From the NCBI RefSeq assembly GCF_044324875.1, contig NZ_CP172186.1: a stretch of 64,000 nucleotides of DNA, one strand, 5' to 3'. This document shows, piece by piece, positions 29,074 through 39,669 of this stretch (position 1 is its first letter; every line of letters starts with the position of its first letter). This DNA comes from Escherichia coli. GTDB taxonomy: Bacteria; Pseudomonadota; Gammaproteobacteria; Enterobacterales; Enterobacteriaceae. Made by a program: the position numbers and the translations under genes. The notes beneath the pieces are model-generated. The model was not told where the DNA came from. It made no database searches and was given only the letters and a program-made list of their open reading frames with translations.

Positions 29074-29979
29074 CTATATTTCCAGACATCTGTTATCACT
29101 TAACCCATTACAGGCCCGCTGCCGCAGATATTCCCGTGGCGAGCGATAACCCAACGCACTATGCGGATGCCATTCGTTATAATGCTCGAACGCCTCTGCA
29201 AGGTTCTTTGCTGCCGTTAACCCGTCTGGTTTGGGCATGACACTGATGTAGTCACGCTTTATCGTTTTCACGAAGCTCTCTGCTATGCCGTTACTCTCCG
29301 GACTCCGCACCGCCGTGTTCTTCGGTTCAAGCCCCAACATCCGGGCAAACTGCCGTGTTTCATTAGCCCGGTAGCATGAACCATTATCCGTCAGCCACTC
29401 TACTGGAGACGCCGGAAGCTCGTTGCCGAAGCGGCGTTCCACCGCTCCCAGCATGACGTCCTGTACTGTTTCACTGTTGAAGCCGCCCGTAGTGACCGCC
29501 CAGTGCAGTGCCTCACGGTCACAGCAGTCCAGCGCGAACGTGACTCGCAGTTTTTCTCCGTTATCACAGCGGAACTCGAACCCGTCAGAGCACCATCGCT
29601 GATTACTTTCTTTCACAGCCACTCTGCCGGTATGTGCCCGTTTCGATGGCGGTACAGCGGTTTTTCGCTCAAGCAACAGCGCATTCTGGCGCATGATCCG
29701 GTAAATACGTTTGGCATTGATCGCAGGCATACCATCAAGTTCTGTTTGTCTGCGAAGCAGCGCCCATACCCGACGATAACCATATGTGGGTAGCTCTCCG
29801 ATAACATGGTGTATACGGCGAAGCACATCCGTATCATCCGTGTGACGGCTGCGGCGGCCGTCCTTCCAGTCATCGGCTCGTCTGAGAATGACGTGCAACT
29901 GCGCACGCGACACCCGGAGACAACGGCTGACGAAGCTTACTCCCCATCCCCGGGCAATAAGGGCGCGTGCGCTATCCAC
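29074..29979 (-). CDS. insD: IS2 InsD (OrfB transposase)
   Basis: 301 aa DDE transposase ...[26 protein letters not shown]... Confidence 0.9.
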   Translation of the reverse strand: MDSARALIARGWGVSFVSRCLRVSRAQLHVILRRADDWKDGRRSRHTDDTDVLRRIHHVIGELPTYGYRRVWALLRRQTELDGMPAINAKRIYRIMRQNALLLERKTAVPPSKRAHTGRVAVKESNQRWCSDGFEFRCDNGEKLRVTFALDCCDREALHWAVTTGGFNSETVQDVMLGAVERRFGNELPASPVEWLTDNGSCYRANETRQFARMLGLEPKNTAVRSPESNGIAESFVKTIKRDYISVMPKPDGLTAAKNLAEAFEHYNEWHPHSALGYRSPREYLRQRACNGLSDNRCLEI

Positions 29980-30347
29980 TTTTTTGCTCGCCCATATTCA
30001 ACGGCTTCTTTAAGGAGTTCATTTTCCATCGTTTTTTTGCCGAGCAGACGCTGGAGTTCTTTAATCTGCTTCATGGCGGCAGCAAGTTCAGAGGCAGGAA
30101 CGATCTGTTCTCCGGCAGCCACAGCAGTAAGACTTCCCTCCTGGTATTGCTTACGCCAGAGAAATAGCTGGCTGGCTGCCACACCATGTTGCCGGGCAAC
30201 AAGGGAGACCGTCATTCCCGGTTCAAAGCTCTGCTGAACGATAGCGATCTTTTCCTGTGTAGTACGCCGTCTGCGTTTCTCCGGCCCTAAGACATCAATC
30301 ATCTGTTCTCCAATGACTAGTCTAAAAACTAGTATTAAGACTATCAC
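29937..30347 (-). CDS. insC: IS2 InsC (OrfA)
   Basis: [53 protein letters not shown]... Confidence 0.9.
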   Translation of the reverse strand: MIVLILVFRLVIGEQMIDVLGPEKRRRRTTQEKIAIVQQSFEPGMTVSLVARQHGVAASQLFLWRKQYQEGSLTAVAAGEQIVPASELAAAMKQIKELQRLLGKKTMENELLKEAVEYGRAKKWIAHAPLLPGDGE

Positions 30348-30394
30348 TTATTTAAGTGATATTGGTTGTCTGGAGATTCAGGGGGCCAGTCTAA

Positions 30395-31981
30395 AGAGTA
30401 AGGAACTTACTGATTCATTTAATATTATTATCCATCAATAACTGAGCATACAAAAAAATAACAAAACTCTGACACAGATACAACCAGCTCTCTCTATATC
30501 AGACTGACATTCTTCTCAAAAAGAGGCGTGTTCTGGAACACGGAACAGAAGCAATGAACATTGTAGACAGAAACACACTCTGTTTTTTACACGAGGATAT
30601 ATGTCGGGAAAATCAGGCAGAAGAAATTAAAGGACTTTGTGCATACAAAGGGAAAGCGCGTTTCCGGTGCACCATATTAGATATTATCCCTGCTACAAAC
30701 ACCAGAGACGCGCTCATAACTCTTCTAGCGTAAAATATCCTTTCAGGCAAGGAAAAGGTCGTGATACAGAATCACGACCTTAATTTTATCGAAAACACGG
30801 ATTTTAGTATGCACATGACTGTACTCCTCAGGAGTACAGGGAAATCATAATCAGTAACAAAAACACCCGGCAACAAAAATTTAACGCGTTTACGCTATTT
30901 TTGTGACAAATATTGCAAATATGGAATCACTGTATTTTTACTGCAACAAAATCTGGTTGATCCACAGGCGGATCCGGGGTAAAAAATTATCCGGAATGTT
31001 TCTGCGTGGTGTGGTAAAACCTCTAGCCGGATTGCCTTTGCAGCAACGCAGGAACATTCCATCCTTTATCAGTACTCCTGACGCTGTAAAGACCTGGCTG
31101 ATGCAGACAGGACTGCTGATATCGAATCAAAGCTTTCTCATTTTTTCGCGTACACAAAATAAAACAAATCAGGCAATTCCTTACACTCCCCCTCTAAAAT
31201 TGAGGGTTTTTTTTTACCATATAAATTACTTGCACAGCTTTTAAAAAAATTGCAAATCTTTACTGTAGTGTCGGGCTTCATGTAGCTCAACAGGGCATGG
31301 ACTAAAAAGAAGTAAACCCATCTTTTATCTCCCTGATATGGGGGTCTTTGTGGCATAAAGAATTCCTTGAATTATTATTTTGATCATATCAACATGAAAA
31401 GAATAATACTCTGACTTTTGATTTCCAGTGCCAGATATAAAATCAAATTCACTGTAAATATCACATAATGATATCTGGCTGCCCCCAGTCACTTCCTGTA
31501 TTCAGCCACACATATAAGCCCCCTGAATTTCCTTGTGGTTTTTATGTGATAAAAACCACAAGGAAACGATGGTTGAAATAATATTTAAAATGTGAAAGAT
31601 ATCACCCGTAGAATTTTTCAATCCGACACTCCATAGAATGGACCTTTAAGATTTAATCCTCATCATGTATGAGGATTTTTTTTCTGGCAGACAAAAATAT
31701 CTTTTCAGCAATCCCTGTTCAGTTCCGGTTCTGGTGACTCTGGAAGAGGTATTGTTACACGCTATAACCTGCCGGAATGACTCAGGTCCGTTCATCTCTG
31801 ATACCATTAAAAGAAGCATTAAGCACATTCTGAGCGCCTCTTACAGAAGAAGCGGAACGCGTTCCTGGCTCCTGTTGCATAATCTTACTAACCCCATGGT
31901 TTTCTTGACTGCCAGAAACGCGCCCACAGTTTTTTTAGCCTGTCTCCGGTTCCTTGTCTAGAATACTGTTGATTTTTTGTT
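30395..31981. other. AT-rich non-coding segment with three plus-strand intrinsic terminators and a 13-bp-arm palindrome
   Basis: No convincing ORF; hairpin+T-run at ~30760..30790, ~31188..31218, ~31663..31693; palindrome CCTTGTGGTTTTT-ATGTGAT-AAAAACCACAAGG ~31530..31565. Confidence 0.5.
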
Positions 31982-33163
31982 TGAACCGCCCCGGGTTTCC
32001 TGGAGAGTGTTTTATCTGTGAACTCAGGCTGCCAGATCATCGTTTCCGATGGAAGCATAATAAGCTTTTTCTGCTTCTGCCGGTGGGATATGGCCCAGCC
32101 TTTCCAGCAATCGTCGATTGTTATACCAGTCCACCCACGTGAGTGTGGCCAGCTCCACTTCTGTCCGGTTTTTCCAGCTCTTACGGTGTATTACCTCCGC
32201 TTTGTAAAGGCCATTGATGCTCTCCGCCATCGCGTTGTCATACGAGTCACCAGTACTTCCTGTTGATGCCAGTAATCCGGCTTCCTTAAGCCGCTGTGTG
32301 TAGGCCAGCGATACATACTGAGAACCTTTATCACTGTGATGGACTGTGCCGGACGGTCGACGGGCCCATAACGCCTGCTCCAGAGCATCCAGCACGAATG
32401 TCGTTTCCATAGACGATGAGACCCGCCACCCCACGATGTATCCGGCAAACACATCAATGATGAACGCCACATAGACGACCCCCTGCCATGTGCTGACGTA
32501 AGTAAAATCAGCCACCCACAACTGGTCAGGACGTTCTGCCACAAACTGACGGTTTACGCGGTCGCCTGCGGCAACGGCTTTCCGGCTGACGGTAGTGCGG
32601 ACCTTTTTACCCCGGAGAACACCGGCAAGTCCCATAACCGCCATGAGGCGCGCCACTGTACATCTGGCTACCCTGATTCCTTCCCGTAACAACTGACGCC
32701 AGACTTTACGCACACCGTATACCTGATGATTCCCATCGTATACGCGCAGTATCTCTTTCTTCAGCCAGTCATCGCGCTGCGCACGGGCACTGCGTTTATA
32801 AGGATGATGTCGCTGTTGCTGACAGTGGTAATACGTTGACGGGGCAATATGTAGTTCACTGCATACCGGTCCGACCCCGTACAGCTTACGCAGCTTATCC
32901 AGCAGTGGCATCACTTTTTCCAGAGGCGGTCGAACTCCGCCTTCGCAAAATAAGCGGAAGCCTGGCGAAGGATATCGTTACTGCGGCGCAGTTCACGATT
33001 TTCACGTTCCAGCTCTTTCAGACGCTGACGTTCAGCGGTGGTGAGCCCGCCATCACCGCCTCCGGTATCCCGCTCATGCTGGCGTACCCAGACACGCAGG
33101 GTCTCTGGCGTACAGCCAATCTTTGGAGCAATGGAACAAATTGCCGCCCACTGTGAGTCATAT
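31982..33163 (-). mobile_element. IS629/IS1203-like element, copy B, 5'-truncated
   Basis: orfB 32024..32914 intact; orfA loses its first ~30 codons at the junction with the IS66-family element. Confidence 0.8.
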
Positions 33164-33193
33164 GTAAGCGACTCGTCAGAACCGTATTGATAT

Positions 33194-34765
33194 TTACTGA
33201 GAGCTCAGATCAACTTTCCAGGGCAACAGATCGCGTACCCGGTTTGCCGGCCAGTCCTGGATATGTTCAATGACGTAACGCAGCCACTTTTCTGGCTCCA
33301 CATTGTTCAGACGGCATGTGCCGATCAGCGAGTACAACACCGCCGCATGTTCACCACCGCTGTCGGAACCCGCGAACATCCAGTTTTTCCGGCCTACGGC
33401 CACTCCCCGTAAGGCGTTCTCTGCGATGTTGTTGTCGATTTCCACCCAGCCATTACTGCAGTACACGTTCAGTGCATCCCACTGTTTCAGCAGGTATGCG
33501 AACGCTTTTGCCGTATCTGAGTGACGCGACAGTGTTTTCATCTGTTGCTGTATCCAGTCATACAGTGACTGCATCAGTGGCGCGGCTCTGGCTTTTCTTG
33601 CCGCCAGACGCTGTTCTGCTGAACAGCCCCGGACCTCTGCCTCGATGGCATACAGTTCACCGATACGCTGCAGGGCTTCCGTGGTGATGTAGGTGGGCGC
33701 TCTTGCATGCACATCGTGGATTTTTCTCCGGGCATGAGCCATACACGCGGCTTCCGTTATTCTGCCGGATTCGTATAACGCCCGGTAACCACCGTAAGCA
33801 TCGGCCTGAAGCACACCGCTGTAACCGGCCAGGTGATTTTGTGGATGGATACCTTTCCGGTCCGGACTGTACGCGAACCAGACCGCCGGGGGCATCTGTG
33901 AACCGGCGTTACGGTCATCACGGACGTAGACCCACAGCCGGGCTGTCCGGGTTTTACCGCTGCCCGGCTCCTGGACCGGGACGGGGATATCATCAGCATG
34001 GACTTTACCGGGCATCAGCACATACTGGCGCAGGACGTCATACAGCGGCTCCAGCAGTTCAGCAACAGCACCTGTCCAGCGCCCCAGTGTGGCACGGCTC
34101 AGCTCCACTCCCTGACGACGGTATATTTCTGACTGGCGGTATAACGGCAGATGGTCTGCATATTTCCCGGTGACAACATGGGCCAGAAGCCCCGCTCCGG
34201 CATAACTGCGTGCAATGGGTTTTGAAGGTACTGGTGCCTGCACGATATGGTCGCACCGGCAACAGGCCTGTTTCGGACGTTGTGTTTCGATAACCTTAAA
34301 GGCGCTGCTGATAAGCTCCAGTTGCTCTGACACATCACATCCCAGAGAACTGAGTTCACCACCACAGGCAGGACAGCATTCCTCTTCCGGCCGGATAACC
34401 CGGGTTTCACGGGGAAGTGAGGCCGGTAACGGTTTACGGGCTGAAGACTGGCGCAGGGCGGATGGCAGTACCGGGTCATATTGCTCACCCAGCGTTTCCG
34501 CCATTTCTTCCTGAAGTGCGCTGATTCGCTCCTGTGCTTCCTGTATCTGCCGTTCGGTTTTTGCACGAAGTTTTTCTGAGCTTTTACCGAACTGCATACG
34601 TTGCAGTTTCGCAACCAGCGCCTTCAGCCGGTTGATTTCGGAAGCATAAGCCGCCACCCGCTGTGAGAGCAGGCGGTTGTATTCAGCCATCTGGCGGATG
34701 GTGTCCTGTTGCGTCTGCAACAGTGCCCGCAGGCGGGCGTTCTCATGAGCAAGTGAGGTGTCCAT
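33194..34765 (-). CDS. IS66-family transposase (TnpC)
   Basis: 523 aa with leucine-zipper N-terminus and CPACGG zinc motif, typical IS66 TnpC. Confidence 0.85.
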   Translation of the reverse strand: MDTSLAHENARLRALLQTQQDTIRQMAEYNRLLSQRVAAYASEINRLKALVAKLQRMQFGKSSEKLRAKTERQIQEAQERISALQEEMAETLGEQYDPVLPSALRQSSARKPLPASLPRETRVIRPEEECCPACGGELSSLGCDVSEQLELISSAFKVIETQRPKQACCRCDHIVQAPVPSKPIARSYAGAGLLAHVVTGKYADHLPLYRQSEIYRRQGVELSRATLGRWTGAVAELLEPLYDVLRQYVLMPGKVHADDIPVPVQEPGSGKTRTARLWVYVRDDRNAGSQMPPAVWFAYSPDRKGIHPQNHLAGYSGVLQADAYGGYRALYESGRITEAACMAHARRKIHDVHARAPTYITTEALQRIGELYAIEAEVRGCSAEQRLAARKARAAPLMQSLYDWIQQQMKTLSRHSDTAKAFAYLLKQWDALNVYCSNGWVEIDNNIAENALRGVAVGRKNWMFAGSDSGGEHAAVLYSLIGTCRLNNVEPEKWLRYVIEHIQDWPANRVRDLLPWKVDLSSQ

Positions 34766-34784
34766 ATCCTCACTTTACAACGGG

Positions 34785-35132
34785 TTATATGCGGATTCCA
34801 GCGCGTTCCGTTCGTTTCGGGTGCTTCCAGTTGATACCTTCAAGAAGCATGGATAACTGAGCCGGAGTAAGGTGCACCTTGCCGTCACGGGTGACTGGCC
34901 AGACGAAGCGGCCCCGCTCCAGGCGTTTGGTGAAGAGGCACAGTCCGTCACTGTCAGCCCACAACACTTTTATCTGGTCACCCCGGCGTCCGCGGAAGAT
35001 GAACAGGTGTCCGGAGAACGGGTCATCCTTCAGGACGTTCTGAACTTTTGATGCCAGGCCGTTAAAGCCATTTCGCATATCGGTGATACCTGCAACCAGC
35101 CAGATACGCGAACCTGCAGGGAGAGATATCAT
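34785..35132 (-). CDS. IS66-family TnpB (orf2)
   Basis: 115 aa MISLPAGSRIWLVAGITDMRNGFNGLA... Confidence 0.85.
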   Translation of the reverse strand: MISLPAGSRIWLVAGITDMRNGFNGLASKVQNVLKDDPFSGHLFIFRGRRGDQIKVLWADSDGLCLFTKRLERGRFVWPVTRDGKVHLTPAQLSMLLEGINWKHPKRTERAGIRI

Positions 35133-35809
35133 CAGTGGCTGCTCCCTTTTATTTCGCGGATAAGTGTCTGTAATAACGCCGGCGTCAGTTTACCTTTAAG
35201 CCTGAGAGTTCCGGCCGGCAGAACCAGCTCACAACACAGACTGTCGGACGGTGTATTTATCTGCTCTGGTTCCTGTGCGGGGGCCGGGATTTTATTATCC
35301 GGCTCCGGCGTTAACGTCACGGGAAGCAGTGCCGGCATATTTTTTCCGGAAGGCAGCAGGCCACCTTTCCGGTATTGATGGCGCCAGTTGAAGAGCAGGT
35401 TATCGTTGATTCCGTTTTCCCGGGCGATCTGCGCCACACAGGCTCCGGGCTGCAGTGACTGCTCCACTAAGGCGATTTTAAACTCATAAGGGAAGTTGGG
35501 CCGCCGGGGACGTTTTTTTACCACGGGGGCTTCGGATATAACGGTGCTTTCAGGACGTACGACTGGTACCGTGGAAAATTGTCCGTAAAGGCAGGCATCA
35601 AGTTCCTGCTCCGACATGCCTGCGGGCAAAGGCCACGAAAGGCCAGCTCTCCGAAAGCGCACGAACATACTACAAACTGTTGATTTTGGTACACCCAGGC
35701 GACGCCCGGCCACAACCCGGGGTAAATGTTCTTCAAAGTGAAGACGTAAAGCTTCAGTGATCCAGGTCCGGTGTTTCATACGATAGTGTCCATTAAAAAT
35801 GATGGACAT
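35132..35809 (-). CDS. IS66-family orf1 (TnpA-like HTH protein); start uncertain
   Basis: First ORF of the three-gene IS66 arrangement. Confidence 0.7.
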   Translation of the reverse strand: MSIIFNGHYRMKHRTWITEALRLHFEEHLPRVVAGRRLGVPKSTVCSMFVRFRRAGLSWPLPAGMSEQELDACLYGQFSTVPVVRPESTVISEAPVVKKRPRRPNFPYEFKIALVEQSLQPGACVAQIARENGINDNLLFNWRHQYRKGGLLPSGKNMPALLPVTLTPEPDNKIPAPAQEPEQINTPSDSLCCELVLPAGTLRLKGKLTPALLQTLIREIKGSSH

Positions 35810-35855
35810 TATTTTTGTAGAGCCGGAGGAAACAGACCAGACGGTTTAAATGAGC

Positions 35856-36042
35856 CGGTTACTTCCCGACAGACGACTCGGTGAAAAAAGTGGTGTGGCT
35901 GGCAATCCAGTCTGCGTCCCGGAAATGGACGATGCCGTTGAAGGACTGGCGAATGGCAATGAGCCGCTTTATTATCGAGTTCGGTGACCGCCTGGACGGT
36001 CACTTCTGAGAAAGGCATTTACACAGAATCTTAAACAGGCTC
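35856..36042 (+). mobile_element. IS256-family element, second right-end fragment (inverted relative to 26601..26854)
   Basis: Reverse complement of 26601..~26785 including transposase 3' end. Confidence 0.7.
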
Positions 36043-36086
36043 AAGTGAAGCTAAGCACACAATCAATTCAGGTCTTTGACATCCTC

Positions 36087-36151
36087 CATCTTAACTTCCA
36101 AAGGGTACTCCCGCCGACATAAGGCGGGAGTACCCTTTGGAAGTTAAGATG
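36087..36151. repeat. perfect 29-bp inverted repeat with 7-bp loop
   Basis: CATCTTAACTTCCAAAGGGTACTCCCGCC-GACATAA-GGCGGGAGTACCCTTTGGAAGTTAAGATG; flanked by 13-bp direct repeats TTGACATCCTCCA at 36076 and 36254. Confidence 0.6.
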
Positions 36152-36296
36152 GAAAACCGACATAAGAACCCTCTGTTATCCTGAAACTCTTATATTTATA
36201 TAACTTGTGAAGGCGTTATGCACACAACCAATCTTCGCAAAGTCGGCGTCTCGTTGACATCCTCCACGCCCTGACGAATGTGGAGGAATGTCAATA

Positions 36297-38570
36297 TTAA
36301 TGTCCGGGCCACTCCTGTTGTTCAGTGACGTGATGTGATATTTCTTCTTTAGCTGTAGCCTCATTCTGGAGGTTTGAAGTAAATATACGCTCCATTGTTT
36401 GTGCAACCGATGGTGGCATTTTTTCTTCCACACGTTCCTCTTCCGGACAACTCTGTGTGATATAGCATACGTGCCGTTCTTCCCGGGATGTGGTATTGAT
36501 GATGTGAACTGCCTTGTTCCACAGGCTGTTTCCCCGGGCAGAGATATCTGTATCATATTGCGGAAGCAGATCCAGCGATGTTTGTGTTTCGTTAAGCTGC
36601 TTCTGGAAGGTATCGATGATACGGTAAGGCTCTGTACGGTTTTTACGACGTTTACGGGATGGTTTTGCTGTCAGTACACCAATAATGCTGCTGACATGCT
36701 CCGGTGTGGGAAAACGGCGCTGCACTGTCCTGGGGACGAGACGGCGGAGACGCTCCAGGCGGGGGGCTTCAACGGAAATATAGCGGTTGATGACCACCGG
36801 ATCACTGTCGCAACTTTTCTCGCTGTCCGGAATATACACAGAGGCTGACGGCACCACATCCCCCTGGAAAACGGTAAAGAACTCACCGGCATTCAGTCTG
36901 ATCAAATCCTGCACGTCGATTTTGCTTTCCATCTGGATGGTGATCTGGTTACCGTCCACCCAGGACTCACCCATCACACCATCGTGGCGCTGCAGGCTGC
37001 CCATTCTGGCCCGAGCCTCTTCACCGGCGGCATTTTTCACCGTTCTTGCCGTTTTGTCGTCACTGACAATGCGTCCGGCGAATTTGGTGCCGGCGTTCTG
37101 CATCAGTGTGGCGGTGTTGGTGGCGGAGGTCTGCCCTTCAATTCGCTCCTGATCCTGCGCCATCATTATCAGGGAAAACTCCAGTGAACGTACCTGGGTG
37201 GCCTCCACAGCAATGCGGTCTGTGTAGTAGGCACCGACTTCGTCAAGGATACAGATATAGGGGAAGCGGCCTTTGTATTTTTTTACTTCCAGGGTCTGTG
37301 CGTCTGTGCCTTCCAGGCGGTAGCCCAGGTCACGGGCGAGGATCATGCTCTGCTGGGTGATGAACATACGACCGAGTGCCGACGTGGTATGGGCTGATGT
37401 GTCCAGTGCGGGGATCATCACAATCAGAATTCGGTCGCTGTGGATACTGTCGCGAATATCGATGTCGCCGGCATCTGCCGCAAAGACGTCCCCGAAGGTT
37501 TCGGCAAAGGTTGTGAATGTTTCCGAGAACTGACCGGAGAGATAAGCATGCTGTTTACGGGGCTCCTCAGTCCAGGCTGACGGCGTTCTCACCAGTGACA
37601 TATCGAATCCCGGAACGTCCTGCAGGTAATTTCTCAGTGGTGCGATGGCTTCTTCCGGCCACTGGTCATCAAGCCCACGGCAATAGAGTTTTGCCATACC
37701 TTCCAGCGTCATATGCTCCCGTAACATCTGCAGGGACATGGTTTTTCTTTCCCGGACGCACCAGAATTTTGTGCCAAAGACCAGGGCTTTGTTCATGGCT
37801 ATCGCCCGTGACTGCCATTCACCCCCCTGAACGTTCTGGGGAAGCATGGACTGCATGGTTTCGGCGGTGAAGGCTTCGGTGCTGAATGCGAACGGGTTCC
37901 AGGTGTTTGACTGTGGGCGGGATTTTTCGCCGCTCTGAATGATTTCACTGCGGGATTTTCCGCCGTTCATGAAGTTGATGACCTCGATATCATCCTCCCG
38001 GCCAAAACGTCGGGAGAGATACCAGATTGTCCTCGTGGTATCGTTCTGTGCCTTTCCGTCAACAAAGGTAAAGCCTCTTCCCCAGCAGAGAGGGTTGAGC
38101 AGCCAGGCAAAGGTGGTTTCTGTTTTACCGCCACCGGTGGTGGAAAAAAATATGATATGCCGGGTGAGGTCATCCATGCTCAGCCAGAGCTCACGACCGA
38201 TATCGTTGATACGGCGGTAACCGACATAAAAAATCCCCCGTGCGGGGGATGTTTCATCTGCTTCATACTGAAACAGGGTGGGCCAGAAGCTGAAGAGGCT
38301 TCGCCTGACCTTTCTGTCCTGGGAGGGGTCATCAAGGCTGAGCGTCATGGGCATACGCAGGGGGCATCGCCAGCGTTGCAGCGTGAATATCACGGAGGTG
38401 ACCAGGGTGAACAGCAGACAGACAGGAAGGGCCAGTGGCCATATCAGGGCCGTAATGATACTGCCGGCCAGACACAGACCAATGATGTTCAGGTTGTGCA
38501 GTGCATTCCACAGCGGGTTTCCCCAGGCCGTGCGGTGTATGAGGTCAGGATTAACGTGATGCTGGCTCAT
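36297..38570 (-). CDS. trbC: TrbC, conjugative coupling-type ATPase (N-terminal membrane segments, Walker A)
   Basis: 757 aa; ...FFSTTGGGKTET... Walker A; size/order as IncI1 trbABC. Confidence 0.8.
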   Translation of the reverse strand: MSQHHVNPDLIHRTAWGNPLWNALHNLNIIGLCLAGSIITALIWPLALPVCLLFTLVTSVIFTLQRWRCPLRMPMTLSLDDPSQDRKVRRSLFSFWPTLFQYEADETSPARGIFYVGYRRINDIGRELWLSMDDLTRHIIFFSTTGGGKTETTFAWLLNPLCWGRGFTFVDGKAQNDTTRTIWYLSRRFGREDDIEVINFMNGGKSRSEIIQSGEKSRPQSNTWNPFAFSTEAFTAETMQSMLPQNVQGGEWQSRAIAMNKALVFGTKFWCVRERKTMSLQMLREHMTLEGMAKLYCRGLDDQWPEEAIAPLRNYLQDVPGFDMSLVRTPSAWTEEPRKQHAYLSGQFSETFTTFAETFGDVFAADAGDIDIRDSIHSDRILIVMIPALDTSAHTTSALGRMFITQQSMILARDLGYRLEGTDAQTLEVKKYKGRFPYICILDEVGAYYTDRIAVEATQVRSLEFSLIMMAQDQERIEGQTSATNTATLMQNAGTKFAGRIVSDDKTARTVKNAAGEEARARMGSLQRHDGVMGESWVDGNQITIQMESKIDVQDLIRLNAGEFFTVFQGDVVPSASVYIPDSEKSCDSDPVVINRYISVEAPRLERLRRLVPRTVQRRFPTPEHVSSIIGVLTAKPSRKRRKNRTEPYRIIDTFQKQLNETQTSLDLLPQYDTDISARGNSLWNKAVHIINTTSREERHVCYITQSCPEEERVEEKMPPSVAQTMERIFTSNLQNEATAKEEISHHVTEQQEWPGH

Positions 38571-39669
38571 TGTGATTATCCTCGGTATCTGTGGCTTTCA
38601 GGAACAGGCTGACGGTAGTGGCGTCTTTCAGGATGCCGGACGGCAGGTGCCAGCCGGTATCGGATAACACCCATGGGGTACCGCCAAAACCGAACTGGCG
38701 GAAAGCCTGGTTATTGACATCGATGGCAGCACGAGCAGCGGTCAGACACTTTTCATCCGGTGCAGCCGGTGCATCGCCGGTGGGTGCCATACCACCGTCT
38801 GCGGAATACAGCTGATGCCATCCGGTCGCCCGTTTTTGTGCGTCCGGTTCACACAGCAGTGGCGCAGTCCGGTTTGTGCTGGCCTCTCCGCCGATTACGG
38901 AGACCGGATAAATCACCACGCTGAATTCCCGGGCCAGTTGCTTAAGCGCGGGCTCCAGAAGACGGCAGTTGATGCATGCGGGGTCAAGGAAGGCGTAGAG
39001 TGTGCGTTCATGACCAGTGGAGAGATTAATGGTGAACATACCCCGGTCCGCGTTGCGTTTAAGTACAGTGGCCAGATTACGGCGGGCTTCAGCGACCAGA
39101 GTATTTTTGTCTGCTGTTATCGCCGGGGTAGCGGATGTCTCCTGCATTTCCTGTGATGCCGGGTGAACGATTTCATTTTTCGTCTCTGACGGGGCTACTG
39201 ACCGGACAATTTCCTTGTCGATGTGTAATGGTGCTGTTTCTGTTACGGATTCTGTGACAGGTACCCTGAGAGGGGAATCGCTGTCCGGTTTCAGTAAAAT
39301 ATATCCGGCTGTTACCGCTGTCAGAAGTGCCAGCACTAATCCTGCACCGTATATCAGCCCTCTCATGAAGCTGGTTTTCCGGGCAGGAAGTTCTGCATAT
39401 GCCGCGCTCAGACAGCTGTCAATCGCGGAGAGCATTCTGCCGATGTGATGTCCGGGACGTTCAGTATCAACGGTATCAACAAGCAGTGTTTCGGTTATTT
39501 CACGAAAAGGGGTGCTGAAGGACAGGTGCATCAGCCTGTTATTACGGTTAATCAGTGCGCCCAGTTCTGTAACCGGCAGGATGGCAATAACCTCCTGACC
39601 ACCGTCAGGGTACAGGGCGGTCAGGGACAGGTGTTTATTGTTCAGTGTTGCAGTGTAGCGGATGGTCAT
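38551..39669 (-). CDS. trbB: TrbB, thioredoxin-fold (DsbC-like) conjugation protein
   Basis: 372 aa; C-x-x-C motif PACINCRLL. Confidence 0.75.
   Translation of the reverse strand: MTIRYTATLNNKHLSLTALYPDGGQEVIAILPVTELGALINRNNRLMHLSFSTPFREITETLLVDTVDTERPGHHIGRMLSAIDSCLSAAYAELPARKTSFMRGLIYGAGLVLALLTAVTAGYILLKPDSDSPLRVPVTESVTETAPLHIDKEIVRSVAPSETKNEIVHPASQEMQETSATPAITADKNTLVAEARRNLATVLKRNADRGMFTINLSTGHERTLYAFLDPACINCRLLEPALKQLAREFSVVIYPVSVIGGEASTNRTAPLLCEPDAQKRATGWHQLYSADGGMAPTGDAPAAPDEKCLTAARAAIDVNNQAFRQFGFGGTPWVLSDTGWHLPSGILKDATTVSLFLKATDTEDNHNEPASR

Larger units (their letters stand above)
29052..30394 (-). mobile_element. IS2 (IS3 family), apparently complete
   Basis: insC 29937..30347 and insD 29074..29979; ends TGGATTTGCCCCTAT...GGGGGCCAGTCTA. 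Confidence 0.9.
33164..35855 (-). mobile_element. IS66-family element (ISEc8-like), three ORFs
   Basis: tnpC 33194..34765 (523 aa), tnpB 34785..35132 (115 aa), orf1 35132..35809; end begins GTAAGCG. Confidence 0.8.
26601..36042. mobile_element. composite insertion bounded by inverted copies of an IS256-family end, flanked by 8-bp direct repeat AAGTGAAG
   Basis: Same ~185-250-bp IS end (with tnp 3' coding) at 26601..26854 and inverted at 35856..36042; AAGTGAAG at 26593..26600 and 36043..36050. Confidence 0.6.

Noticed and set aside
30903-31244. 113-aa ORF in the AT-rich segment
   Set aside because: No RBS, reads straight through an intrinsic terminator hairpin, low-complexity composition.
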